A DNA stretch of 64,000 bases, taken from Mytilus edulis. Taxonomy: Eukaryota. The stretch is from assembly GCF_963676685.1 (NCBI RefSeq), contig NC_092351.1, positions 44,454,001 to 44,518,000 on the forward strand, written 5' to 3'. A program made the translations under genes and the position numbers. The notes beneath the pieces were generated by a model, which saw nothing but the letters and a program-made list of their open reading frames with translations, had not been told where the DNA came from and did not search any database. Positions 11,912-24,618 of this stretch are shown in pieces. Position 1 is the stretch's first letter. Each line of letters opens with the position of its first letter.

Positions 11912-14900
11912 GTTTACACATGCAAGAGCCCTAAAATTTGGACCTCAGTAATCACAATGGAAATGTCACATTTTACATACCTGTAATTTTCTATTTCCCG
12001 TTCCCACATAATTCCCTGGAATTGACACCTGCACATCATTACACGTAAGTCGATATACAATAATTGTGTACATTGTTGGTTGGTTGATATATGTAGTCTA
12101 GCACCACCTTTAACACTTTAAATTGCCTATATGAAGGTTTGGGCCCTTTATAGCTTTTGCTATTCGTTGTGAGCCAAGACTCCATATGGAAGGCCGTACT
12201 TTTACCTATAATTGTAAACTTTTTATACATTGTGAATTTGATGGAGAGTTGTCTCATTCGCAATTATACCGTATCTTCTTATTTTATTTGCAATTGTTTT
12301 GTTGGAAGAACCTAGAGTACATAGAGACAACCAGCAACTTTTGAGTACCTTGCATCTACCAAGGGGAGGATTTAAACTCACAAACTTGTTTGACAGGCAA
12401 GACTTATTGATCATTGCAGATGGAGCACTTAGATGACTAGGCAACTGAGGTCATCTATATACGTTGATAAACATGATTGTGTAATATGTGGTAGCTGCAA
12501 GATGTACTTGAATAAGATACAGTTATACATGTATCATACCTGCTAAGCTTTTTGAGATACAAAATGGTCAAAGGACCCTTTTCTTTTTAAAGTCTCGGAG
12601 GTTGGGGATTTCCTTTGAAATGAATGTCAGGGGTGAGCCACTTCAATATGTAACTATTGTCGTTAGCAACATAATATATGCTAATGTTGAGAAATTAAGA
12701 TTTAAACTATATCTCAGAAGCTATAATGGTCTATGTTTTGTCAAACATTACTACCACAAAAGAATCGAAGTGCCAAAACCTTATGAGTATTTAACATTTG
12801 AGCACACCGATATTTAATTTAATCATTTACTGGATATATGGAATCAACAATTATTAAGACCGTCATTCGTGATGGCATTGGATAGCTTTTTACAATGTAA
12901 ATAAGGATTGTACAGTACAAATCATTGAATAAATAATATAAAATCAACTCTAATGATGAAAGGGAGTAACGATAGGATGATAGTTGTACAAAAGAGAAGA
13001 TTTTGATTTCCATCGCAGTAAGTCTTTACTGGTACTGATCAACAGAAGTTGATGTCGTTCATTTCAACATTATGTATCTCACTCTAAATGGAGCTCACTG
13101 GCTTATACTTTTCTGCAAACCTGTTTAAGTGAAGTTACCTTTTCATGAATATTGTGTATCATACAATATGTGTATAAATATATACAACATTTTTAAATCT
13201 ACTTTTATTCATGCTTTTGCATATTTGTGGTTGAATCCCATTTATATCATTTTGTGTTGGTGCTTTCACTTTGCAGTATGTATGCAACATTTATGATGTC
13301 AGAGTAGTAATCATAAAAATTGAAAGTACAAAACGTTAAAACCAAAATTGTATGTTATATTAATGTATTACATGAAATTGCTTATACCTAAATGTAACAT
13401 TTTAATTGCTGGTCCCTCAATAGCTACAATTTGATTTATTTAGTTCTAAGATCTTTCATTTAATGCTATGTCATTCGTTTAAACATGTATGTCTATACAT
13501 CTAACTATATAAAACATTAATGCTTGCTCTTTTCTATTCGAATAATATGTCAGTATGTCATCGTCTAATATGCGAAGTCTACTGATGATACACATCGCAA
13601 ACGATCCCATTTCAACAAGTGTAAACGTAAAAATAAATATCCTTTTAAGGTAGCACAATACAAAGATTTGTTTACTTCCAATCACGAACCTTCAAAATGT
13701 TGTAACTTTCTGTAAATGAATGCAATATTTTTATTGTGCAATTATTATGTAATCACTTATTATGTAATAAGTAACAAAATCTCGGTCAGTTCACTTGAAT
13801 GAATTTAGCTCTATCATATCTTTAACTATATAGAAAATTTTAACGTAATCTTAATCAACACGTCATGGGTTCCAAAAGGGTGTCTCAACTTGTCCCTATG
13901 GTATTTCATTCTCTCATGAATCTCTAATTAGTGTAAATATCTTAACCGCATGAAAGATGTAGGTGTAAAACTTGTTCTATACATTCTATCTGAAATCTGA
14001 GACACCCTTTTGTAGATAATGGCTATAGGAACAACATATAATAAAATCAGCCCTCTATGAATATGCAGAAGCTAATTTACTAGTGGAAATTTGGTGAAAA
14101 ATATTTTAGACACAATTAACATTATAATTATTTACATAATTGTTGCATAATACTAACATTGAATTAATTTGAAGGAGTAATCTTTTAGCTATCCATAACT
14201 ACCACTGTTATAAATTTTCAATCATTATTAAGAAAGTTACAGAATTTAAAAACTAGGAGTTGGAGTTATGAAATCTTTGTATTGTGCTACCTTTAATGCT
14301 GACTACATGCTTAGAACAATATACATTAAAGGCTTTATCGTGTCATGGAAGGATTTCAAATTTATTATTTGCCAAAAGTATATTACAAAAACTGAACTAA
14401 ATAGTTAAGGTTAAAAATATACAAAGACAAATAAAACACGTAATAAAGATGACACTTAAACAACGTATCTTCCGATGAACTTTTTTAAAAGGAGAAAATA
14501 GGGAAATTTATAATTTCGATTGCGGAACTGAGATGACCGCTTATGTCAAATGTGAGGTATAAGTCTAAAAATGAGGTGGAAGAAGTAGTGTCTGTTTTTT
14601 CTTTCATTTCTAATTCCATAGTTATAAAGGACAAGGCACAATAAGGCCCGTTTTTGGTTCCCCTATTTTCTCATTTTTCAAATTTTGTTTTGGAAAGCTA
14701 CTTATCATGTTTAAACATGCTCTTAGGTTTGAAGTTTGTTTGGATGAACTTCCAAACCATTAATTTCAGAAGATGGGTGCGGTAAGGGGGTAAAAGGGCA
14801 CAAAAACGCCAAAAAAAGGAAACATCACGATTTTTGGTCATTGTTTCTTAAAACTTTATAAGGTGCGCTTACGTGACCCGGAGAAAAGTACGGTAATTTA

Positions 14901-15023
14901 GATAGCAAAAACAGTGCTTATGACATTGGAATAAAAAAAAATCCTGGGTCACGTTGGCGCAGGCACTTAAAAACTAAAAAGTCGTTGTACGAAACACCTG
15001 AAAAGGGAATAATAATTACAATA

Positions 15024-15232
15024 CTGTGGATTCATTATTATTCGTTGGATACCAATTTTCGTGGTTTTCGTAGGTACAGATAAACCACGAATTCAAATGT
15101 TCCACGAATATCATATTTCCAATAGGCTTTGTATACAGAGATTGGCAAAACCACGAAATCAAATATCCACGAATATGCAAGTTTTCAGCAATCCACGAAA
15201 ATTGATACCCACGAATATAAATGAATCCACAG
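15024..15232. mobile_element. ~210-bp MITE with TA target duplication (Tc1/mariner-type ends), multicopy
   Basis: ta-CTGTGGATTCATT...AATGAATCCACAG-ta. Related copies at about 5641-5833, 44596-44804, 47064-47278 and 62555-63450 (the last split by a nested element). Confidence 0.85.
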
Positions 15233-15359
15233 TATTTGAAAAATAACAGAAAGTTTTCCCCTCACCTCACACAGTTGCTAAAATTAGTGGTTTTGAAGTT
15301 CATCCAACAAACTTCAAGCATCAGGGAATATTTTAACATAATAAGTAGCTTTCAAAAAC

Positions 15360-15895
15360 AGAATGAGAGACCTGATTGTTTTGACCCATTCTGACAAAGT
15401 GTCCAGTTCAACTTCTTCTCGTTTAGCCCATGCTCTTGTGTAGTCCTCAATGAAATCCATAATTATTTTTAGTTATGGTTGATGTGTTGGGGTTCCCTGA
15501 ACTTAATCACATGGCAGAGGGTTTCATAAGTATTCTCTAAAATCAAGGTCTTGCAATGCTTGTTTATAGTTAAATACTTTTGGTGCAATGGTTTTTGGTG
15601 TTACTGTAGGATACAATAGGAACAGACTTATTCGAAAACTGACTGGCAGGAATTTCCTCTTTTCATCATGTAATAGTTCCGATCTTACTGGTTTAAAAAG
15701 ACGGAAAACAGCCACATCATAAATTTTACTGACCAGTCTGTTTATTGCAGAAAATGTATTTATGCATCCCTTGTCAAGTGCACAATCAGTCAAACATTTT
15801 AGAAAATCAATAGGCTGTGAAAAAAGAGTAGTTATTATGTAGCGGATAATGAAGATGTGAAAGAAGGTCATTAAAGCTCCCAGAGGGTGACCATT
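15360..15895 (-). mobile_element. Penelope-like element ORF relic (region N-terminal to RT)
   Basis: TIAPKVFNYKQALQDLDF and MDFIEDYTRAWAKREEVELDTLSEWVK. The latter matches YGRQWAKREKEDVDTLSERIK at about 8900-8965, which leads into RT motifs there. Confidence 0.7.
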
Positions 15896-17964
15896 ATAAT
15901 GTTGTTTTATCCTTATAAAACAAATTCAGGTACTAACAGCGTGGTATTTATTGAACATTGCATTTCTAAATTATTATCATTACACTTTTGTGTAAAAAAA
16001 TGACAAACGAAACTAATTAATTTTAATATTGATTTGAATGCATTCTACTGAAGAGAAAATAGTGATAGTTAAACCCATTTCTAATTACTTAAATGTAACT
16101 AGAACACACCCGCGACATTGCGGTTCCGTGACTAAATTGAAATACGTACGCATTATTTTTAGCCTTATTCGTATTGTCATCTGATAAAGTTATGCTGATT
16201 ATAGGGTGCACTGTTTTCGCTGCTTTCAAAATATTTCTGTTTGAACTTGTCCTGGTTTTCTTACTTGATTTTTTGCATACCACTGGCCGATGAAAGCTGA
16301 CGTAAAAAAAATCCTTCAACATCTTTGAAATTGCTTTGTCAAATTGGTTTCAATAATAAATTTTATTTATCCTTACATCGTATATTTCATGTTTTGAATC
16401 TCATAAACATGTTTAACCCCGCCGCATTTTTGCGCCTGTCACAAGTCTGGAGCCTCTGGCCTTTGTTATTCTTGCATTATTTTTATTTTAGTTTCTTGTG
16501 TACAATTTGGAGTTTAGTGTGGCGTTCATTATCACTGAATTAGTATATATTTGTTTAGGGGCCATCTGAAAGGACGCCTCCGGGTGCGGGAATTTCTCGC
16601 TACATTGAAGACCTGTTGGCGACCTTCTGCTGTTGTCTTTTCTATGGTCGGGTTGTTCTCCATTTCCATTCACAATTTTATTTGGATTATATATTTTGTT
16701 GAGGAAAGTTTCTGCAGATATTTTCAAGTTTGATTGAGACATGGGATCCATTAGTAGTTTCTATGAGGGAAACTATCAGACCAATCTATTTGATGTCTGA
16801 GGGTTTTAGCTGTTCCCCTAATAAATAGGTAGTTTTGTTCTGAGATTTTTTATCGTAGGATTTTCGACTTTACTCTACCAGGAATATAGCTGGACCGCTT
16901 AGCGGTATCGGTTTAGAATCCGAGTATGTCCTTACCGGTTTCCCGTTTGTTGCCATGGCATTTGTGCGGCATCCGGGTTGACCTTATTTCTATTTTTCGT
17001 ATATAATTGTGTTTATATTTTGCATTTTTTTTTATATTTTGAGAATGAACGAATCATATGAGTGTGTACGTATGTTTTATTGCATTGTACTTATTGTTTT
17101 AAGGGAAAGTTAACTTTCTTGTAGTAAAACCCGTCACGGCCAGCCTGGAAAACTTGTTAGGCAAATGCTAATATAAATCTGTACCGATGCCGTGTGTTAA
17201 ATTTCCTCCTTTACGCAATAACTCGTGGTGGTGCTCCTATTAAGGGATTAAGATACAGAAAATACATACATACTACATACGGAAACTTCATGTGACATAT
17301 ACTCATACTGGTATCGGTTCGACCCGGACATTAATTATTGGTGATATTATTACGTGGAAACTAAAAGGGCCTGGAATGGTGTATTTTTTATCAACATCAT
17401 TGACCTATATTAGTTATATATAAAGTTGAATTCTTTGATTCGACGTTTTTGAGTGATGCTCGCTCACAAATTGAACCTTGTCATTTAAGTAGTATAGATA
17501 ATTGATTTGCAAAACGATAACCTTCAAATAAATGCAATCAACCAGTATGTATATGTTGAAAACATATCACGACATACCAATGTCAGTTAAAACATAGGTT
17601 ATATGTATATGAAGAGAAGAATATGCGGGGTAAACAGAAATAATACAGCAACCAAACGACACAAATAATCAAATGCCAGCAAATTAAATACATGTCGGAA
17701 AGTCTAACGTTTACTCCACAAACAAATTATAAAAGTCTTATGGTTTGTGCAACGATATATTGTCAAGATAAAAATCTACAAACACGATGAAATGATATCG
17801 TATTGAAATATATTTCTGCACAACTAAAGGACTTCATCCGTGTTAGTCTCATTCCAAAATGTGATAAAACAATGATTTTTTTTTTTTTTGCATTGTTAGA
17901 GTAACTCTTTCATAAAGATAGTCTTGCACTTTATAAAATTAAAAAATTTTAGTTGGCGTAGTTG

Positions 17965-18282
17965 CGTTTGTGTTCATCCTTGTTCTTAAATAGACGTATA
18001 CGGGTATCTTTAACATTGCCACACTGTAGAAGACGTGTACGGGTATCTTTCGCATTTCCATACTAAAGAGACTTATACTGTTCGATTTCTTTAACCCCTC
18101 CCTACATATATAATATGCCGTATGTGTTCATCCTTATATTCTTAAATAGACCTATACGGGTATCTTTTACATTTTCATACTGTAGAAGACGTGTACGGGT
18201 ATCTTTCGCATTTCCATACTAAAGAAACTAATACTGTTTTTACAGTTCGATTTCTTTAACCCCTCCCTACATATATAATATG
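17965..18282. repeat. Direct tandem duplication, ~160 bp, 2 copies
   Basis: tgtgttcatcctt...cttaaatagac...ctgtagaagacgtgtacgggtatctttcgcatttccatactaaag...aacccctccctacatatataatatg occurs twice. Confidence 0.85.
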
Positions 18283-18356
18283 ACAAAAGAGCGTGAAGAT
18301 ACCAAGGGGCCAATTCAAAATCCACTGGTCAAAAAGAAGAAAATACTACTAGTATA

Positions 18357-19606
18357 AGGCCGTGTTCACATTGACCTAAACTCGGTGTTGTGTTAGTGTA
18401 ACTCACACATAAACTAAACATAATTACGTTCCAATAGATAAAATTCAATGTTTACATGTAGTTAAATCATGTTTTGTCTACATGCAGTCGTTAGTCGACG
18501 TAGGCCTTGTGTAGGTTAAGTGTTTACAAAACTAGGCATTCAGAACTTAAATTTCCCCATTTATATTTAAAAATGAAACGATTTTTATATAAAATTGATA
18601 CTTATAACACTTATTAATAAAGTTCTTTACAGAAATATTTGTCTAAACTTGATATATTTATTTGTTATAAAAACACTTTATGTAGCCTTATTTACCCCTT
18701 AGAAAGACTCGTCCATCATTATTGCCAAACACATAATTCATTCAATTCCCGAATCGACTGTACGTACATGTACACACTGACAGAAATATTTGCCACTGGT
18801 CTTTACTCAAACAACGATTCACTCATAAATGCATAACTGAAAAAGAGTGAGGTTAATTGTTTGTTTGTGTAGTATCTCAGATCCGTTTAAATACCATTAG
18901 AAAAGAAAAAATACAATTAGAAAAGAAAGAAAAAAACATTACCCCCTCCCTTTGCCAAGTACTCCTTGGAGAAAAAATACCATTTGAAACAAACAGAAAA
19001 GATAGAAATGTAGTGATCCTTAATATCGCAATTCTTTTTCTTCGCCTGTAAGCACGCTGATGCCGAGCCTACGATTTTAATGCATCATCGAGACATCCTT
19101 AAACTACTGCAAATCATCCAAAATGACTTTCTTAAGGGAGCAACCACTTTACTTCAAAAAAATAGGCGGGGTGGGGGGGGGGGGGGTGTTTAGTCAAATA
19201 ATTTTCTCGCGCGAAAGTTTATATTAAGGTTTTTTTTCGATGGTACCAATTCAATATTTAACACTATAATGTATGGGGAAACTTTGGATTCGGAATATTT
19301 GTTTATTCTAATCATCTGTAAGACCCGATTTTTGTTTTAATCAAATGGTGGGAAAATCCATCCCCCTTTTTTTAAAGTCAAATGGTCGTTCCCCAACTGC
19401 TAGAAAAGTTGTTCGAAAATTTGAATTCGGTTCTACGTAATGAACATTTAAATGACATATAGTTTACCGGTGTGAACAAATCTTATGTACAGGTAGCTAA
19501 ACAAGGTGTATAGATGTGAACAAATTTAATGTGAAACTAGTGTACATTACATTAAACCAAATGTAAACATGTTTATTGTACACAGCGTTTGGTGTGAACA
19601 CGGCCT
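18357..19606. mobile_element. Non-autonomous TIR DNA transposon (Harbinger-like ends) with nested fragments
   Basis: ta-AGGCCGTGTTCACA...TGTGAACACGGCCT-ta: 14-bp perfect TIR. Confidence 0.75.
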
Positions 19607-19733
19607 TATTCTATGTTTGATACAAAAATATTTCCACTTTAAAAACTAGAATAAATTGCAAGAACTAAAGAATTCAGTAACATCATGTGCGCGGGTGAAT
19701 CTGTGATCAAACGAAACGAATTAGATGCATTGG

Positions 19734-20855
19734 TTTTTGTCGAGCCTGCAACTTTTGTTGCAGAAAGCTCGACATAGGGATAGTGATCCGGCGGCGGCGG
19801 CGGCGGCGGCGGCGTTAGCTAACTTTTTTAAAGGTTTATATTTTAGAAGGTGAAAGACCTGGATGCTTCATATTTTGTATATAGATGCCTCATGTTACGA
19901 AGTTTTCGTCAGTCACATGTACAATGTCCTTGGCCTCATTTTCATGGTTCAGTGACCTATGGAAAAAAAAGTTCAGAATTTTTGTTATGTTGAATTCTCT
20001 CTTATTATAAGTAATAGGATAACTATATTTGGTATGTGCGTACCTTGCAAGGTTCCATGCCCGTCAGACAGTCTTCACTTGACCTCGACCTCATTTCATG
20101 GATCAGTGAACAAGGTTAAGTTTTGGTGGTCAAGTCCATATCTCAGATAATATAAGCAATAGGGCTAGTATATTTGGTGTATGGAAGAACTGTAAGGTGT
20201 ACATGTCCAACTGGCAGGTGTCATCTGACCTTGATCTCATTTTCATGGTTCAGTGGTTATAGTTAAGTTTTTGTGTGTTGGTCTGTTTTTCTCATACTGT
20301 ATGAAATAGGTCTACTATATTTGTTGTATAGAATGATTGTACGGTGTACATGTCTAGCGAGCAGATGTCATCTGACCTTGACTTCATTTTCATGGTTCAG
20401 TGGTCAAAGTTAAGTTTTTAAGTTTTGGTCTTTTTATCTACTATTATATGCCAAAGGTCAACTATATTTGGTGTATGGAAATATGTTATGATCTATGTGT
20501 CAGTCCCGCAGGTTTTATTTGACCATGACCTCAATTTCATGGTTCATTGCACAGTGTTAAGTTTTGTGTTTTGGTCTATTTTTCTTAAACTATAAGTAAT
20601 AGGTCAACTATATTTGCTGTATGGAAGCATTGTTAGCTGTACATGTCTGCCTGGCATGGTTCATTTGACCTTGACCTCAGTTTCATGATTCATCTGACCT
20701 TGACCTCATTTTCATGGTTCATTGGTCTTTGTTTAGCTATCTTGGTTAATGTTAAGTTTATGTGACAGTTGTAATAAAGCTTTATACTTAGGACTATCGA
20801 CATAATATCAATGATTAGTAAAGAAGGCGAGACATTTCAGTGTGTGCAATCTTGT
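19734..20855. mobile_element. HINE/pearl-like element: hairpin, (GGC)n microsatellite, ~157-bp tandem units
   Basis: T-run then hairpin gtcgagc...gctcgac, (ggc)n at about 19789-19813, repeated tgaccttgacctcattttcatggttca units, end cttgt. Absent from the paralogous flank of UGT2. Confidence 0.8.
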
Positions 20856-21143
20856 TTATATATATATATATATCATTGTGGTGATTGATCTCTACCCGTT
20901 CACGCTTGTTTTCATCGCTGTCATCTCTAGTGCAATAGTAAGAAGTGAATTTTCCATTATTATTTTTAACGTTTATACTTTATAGTTAATTTATCAAATT
21001 AATATTTTAATCCTGTCGATATCCATGTATCAGTATTAGTGTTCTAATATCATACATTATGAAAGAAACTAAGTGAAAATTATCTTTTTGTAACATATTT
21101 AGATTTGCTGTGTAAAAATTCAATTTGCATAACACGCGTAGGT

Positions 21144-22688
21144 TCATTGCAGTTTTTGTTTTGTATTCTTTTTCCAACAGCATATTTTAATACAATACTT
21201 AAGAAATAACTTAACAGAATATACGGCCAAAACTAGTCCGACAAGGTAAACTAGATAAACGTCTACCATAAAATATGAATACCACGGCATATCTAGCGAT
21301 GCTGGTCTGAAATGCTCTGACCCATACTTAGTCACCAAGTCTATCCAATAAGCTGCTCTTTGTCTTGGAGTTTGTGGACGACTGTGGAATATCTCAGATG
21401 CATTTTTAATGCTGAACATGAAAGTGCTGTTATGCACTACTTTATTGATGTTGTCAACTAATTCGTTCACAGAAAAATCTAAAATATCCATTGAAATTCC
21501 ATATCCTTTGTCTTTTATAACAGCTGCATTTGAGTTTTGATCAAGAGCAATTGGAAATGTAATCATTGGTACGCCATGGTATAGAGCTTCAAAGACGCCG
21601 CTCTTCCCACAATGAGTGATGAATAGTTTCGTTTTTACATGCCCAAGCAGATCATTCTGTGGTAACCATGGCAATAGTAATATGTTTCCATTTTCTTTTA
21701 CATAATCTCCACTACGAAATATAAAATTTAAATCCTTCATCTTTTGAAAGGCTGAAATTAATTTATTAATTATTTTTTCAGGGCATGTCTTAATTATGCT
21801 ACCAAAGGAAACAATTACTAAGCCATCTTTAGACTTCTCAACAAATGACTCTATCCTAGACATCAAAGTTTTAGAGGGTCCGGCTGCCAATCCACCACAT
21901 AAAATGGCATTCGAGGCAATGGAAATTGGATAATCCATTAAAATATCCCCGTTAATTATGTGTAGCAAAAATCTAGTTTTTAATTCGCTGTTTGACATAA
22001 AAGGCTTTTCTGGAACATATTTAGAGACAAGATATCCAAACGAAGGCATTGTGGGTTTGATAAGTTGATAAGTATACAATACGGTATTCATCATTCGTTC
22101 CCAGAAGGTCATTTTGTCTGTAAATCCTGACAAGAATGCCGGCATATAGGCAGGATTAAATGGCGTTCGGTGGAGATTTTGATCATAGATTGCAGAAACA
22201 AAAATGAAGGGTAATGAAAGTTTGTATGCTAAAATTTCGTAGCAAAGAAAAGGGCCATAATCAACGATGGCATAGTCAAACTTTGCAGCTTCTATGATTC
22301 CGAAGAGTTCATCATCGGTCGAAAACGAATGACAGTGATCATATGCATTTCTAAATAATTGAAGGAAGGGAAAATTCATAGAACCATTCATTGTCATTTC
22401 CAATATAGCTTGTACGTCGTCAAAAAAAGACGCTTTATCAAGACTGTTTGCTACTACAGACTTAATCGATAATCCCTTGGATCGTATTTCTTTGTCCATC
22501 GATGTTGAAAGCACAAATGTTGCTGAGTGATTGTACTTTTCTAATTCTTTTGTAATGGCCATAACAGGAGAGATATGACTTCTAAATTGGGCTACGAAAA
22601 CAATACATCTTTTACAGTCCACATTATACAGGTGTGTCGAAAATCCCATGGTCAGGGCTATAAAGGATGTTTTCCATCCATACGTCAT
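21144..22688 (-). CDS. UGT: UDP-glycosyltransferase (GT1/UDPGT family), copy 1, single coding exon, 514 aa
   Basis: Signal peptide; catalytic His in RSHISP; Asp in FDYAIVD; VSFGS; signature WLPQNDLLGH...THCG...EALYHGVP...DQ; C-terminal TM helix and KxKxx ER-retrieval end (KQKLQ). Splice acceptor ttttcttcag lies one base upstream of the ATG. Confidence 0.97.
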   Translation of the reverse strand: MTYGWKTSFIALTMGFSTHLYNVDCKRCIVFVAQFRSHISPVMAITKELEKYNHSATFVLSTSMDKEIRSKGLSIKSVVANSLDKASFFDDVQAILEMTMNGSMNFPFLQLFRNAYDHCHSFSTDDELFGIIEAAKFDYAIVDYGPFLCYEILAYKLSLPFIFVSAIYDQNLHRTPFNPAYMPAFLSGFTDKMTFWERMMNTVLYTYQLIKPTMPSFGYLVSKYVPEKPFMSNSELKTRFLLHIINGDILMDYPISIASNAILCGGLAAGPSKTLMSRIESFVEKSKDGLVIVSFGSIIKTCPEKIINKLISAFQKMKDLNFIFRSGDYVKENGNILLLPWLPQNDLLGHVKTKLFITHCGKSGVFEALYHGVPMITFPIALDQNSNAAVIKDKGYGISMDILDFSVNELVDNINKVVHNSTFMFSIKNASEIFHSRPQTPRQRAAYWIDLVTKYGSEHFRPASLDMPWYSYFMVDVYLVYLVGLVLAVYSVKLFLKYCIKICCWKKNTKQKLQ

Positions 22689-23157
22689 TCTGAAGAAAAT
22701 GAAATCACAAATTCAGTAAATAATAAATACAGTTAGACTAAATTTAACTAACAATTTTACAAGGGTGTTAAATCGAAATACAGAACTCACTTGATATCGG
22801 TACTATGTAAATCAAAAATATATCACAAAAAAAAAACTGTTGACCTATACCTTTCGCAGAATTTAAATGATAAGCTTAGTATTTTGGTGAGTTTTTTTAA
22901 TTGCTCTTGGATTAGCAAAATTCATGAATATTTCTATACTATGAATTTTCAGGTGACTTTTGTTTTAAAAGTACAGAAAAACTAAACACACGTATGAAAA
23001 TGTCCAAATGTTAAACTCAAGTTTCCAGGTTCAATTGGATATTTGTTCAAAAAAAACTAAAGTTATTTAAAATTAAAGTTGAGAGAACAATTGAAGGTCT
23101 TTCCAAAAAAAAAACAAGTATCTTGATATGAAAATAGTAAAATTTTGGTTTAAAATG

Positions 23158-24618
23158 TCAAGAACAGATTCAAATAAGAGCTAATAGTATGCTGATTTTA
23201 AAAAAATCATGGTTTCTATGCAATATTTTTAAAATAAGGTTGATAATTAAATACTTCTGGTTGAAAAATGTTACTTCCGGTATCATTTTACTGTTTAATT
23301 TACACTGTTTTCAAAATTATATTGTTCTATATACTTTTCCATTCTAAAAGTACAAAAATATAGCTACTTCCAGTTTCAATGGGGTTCCTTTATTCAAGGT
23401 CAAATGGCTTCCAACTGAATGCAAAAAGTCCCATGGCTTTATCATGTATACATATGAGGTAAAAGCAAAGGTCAAAATCTAAAACGTCAATTTAACCTCA
23501 ATTTCAAGGTCATCAACCAAGGACCTCAAATCAAAAGACCCTAGATCTAAATTATATTTGTTCATGAGTTATATCTCCATATGCATATTTTTAAATAATG
23601 AGGGATAAAACTCTAATTTGATGTAAGCGCACCCTTTAAGCCAATATGTATGTGTTACAACTTGTCGCAACTAACATTTAATAAAAATATGTTGTCGATA
23701 TCGTATATTGTGTTTGAAAAGTGGTGAAAATAGGCCAAAATACAAATTTAAAAATGACCTTGACCTTTGACCTTGTCCCTATTTTCTTCATGGGATTTTC
23801 GACACACCTGTATAATATGGACTGTAAAAGATGTATTGTTTTCGTAGCCCAATTTAGAAGTAGCTATTTTTTTGTTCTTTTTTAATGGAAATTTATATAG
23901 AACAATATAATTTTGGAAACTGTGTAAATTAAACAGTTAAATGATACTGGAAGTAACATTTTTCAACCAGAAGTATTTAATTATCAACCTTATTTTAAAA
24001 ATATTGCATAGAAACCATGAATTTTTGAAATCAGCATACTATTTTTCTTTTTTTTTTTTGGAACAAAGATCTCTACTCAAAAGACCCTAGGTCTTTATCA
24101 CTTATGGTTTACCAATTACAACTACATATTTCTTATTAAAAAATACAAAAGGGGAAGTAACTCCCATATGAAGTCTCCAAACCGCTTCGGTCAAAATTAT
24201 TTTGAAGATCATGAGTATATAACGAGCAAATTGGTGAAATAATTTTTTGGTAATCTTGAATGGTTGCGAAGGAGATTTGAACACAAGAAAAACAGTTTTT
24301 GGGGAGATAACTCTTACAATAAAAAGTGTTCAGCTTAACAGGGTGAGTTTCAAAATTGTATTAACTGTTCGATATCTTACACAAAAAATTTGAGCGACAT
24401 CTTGCGTAACTAAAAAGCACCGTCAGAAAAATGTGGTGGAAGAAGAAAAAAAAATAATCAGAAGAAAAAAACCAAAAAGTCTTTCCACAGAAAAGTGGAA
24501 AAACCTAATAATAATCAGAAGAAAACCAAGAGGTCTTCCACAGAAAAGTGGAAAAACCTAAATAATAATCAGAAGAAAACCAAGAGGTCTTTCCACAGAA
24601 AAGTGGAAAAACCTAATT
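23158..24618 (+). mobile_element. HINE-like element in the UGT1 upstream intron, with an internal rearrangement and triplicated terminal hairpin unit
   Basis: gaccttgacctttgacc-type body. The unit aataatcagaagaaaaccaagaggtctttccacagaaaagtggaaaaacctaa occurs three times (about 24453-24617). Inverted arms at 23185-23370 and 23857-24042. Confidence 0.65.
23789..23861 (+). repeat. Inverted 73-bp copy of UGT1 coding sequence (22578-22650)
   Basis: 72/73 identity to the reverse complement of 22578-22650. Confidence 0.95.

Noticed and set aside
12370-12452. tRNA-like A/B boxes on the minus strand (also near 44400-44424)
   Set aside because: No complete cloverleaf; best explained as decayed SINE heads.
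12960-13125. Minus-strand VPVKTYCDGN, faintly like an OTU/vertnin GDGNC motif
   Set aside because: Stops on either side and the catalytic Cys is missing; too weak without a search.
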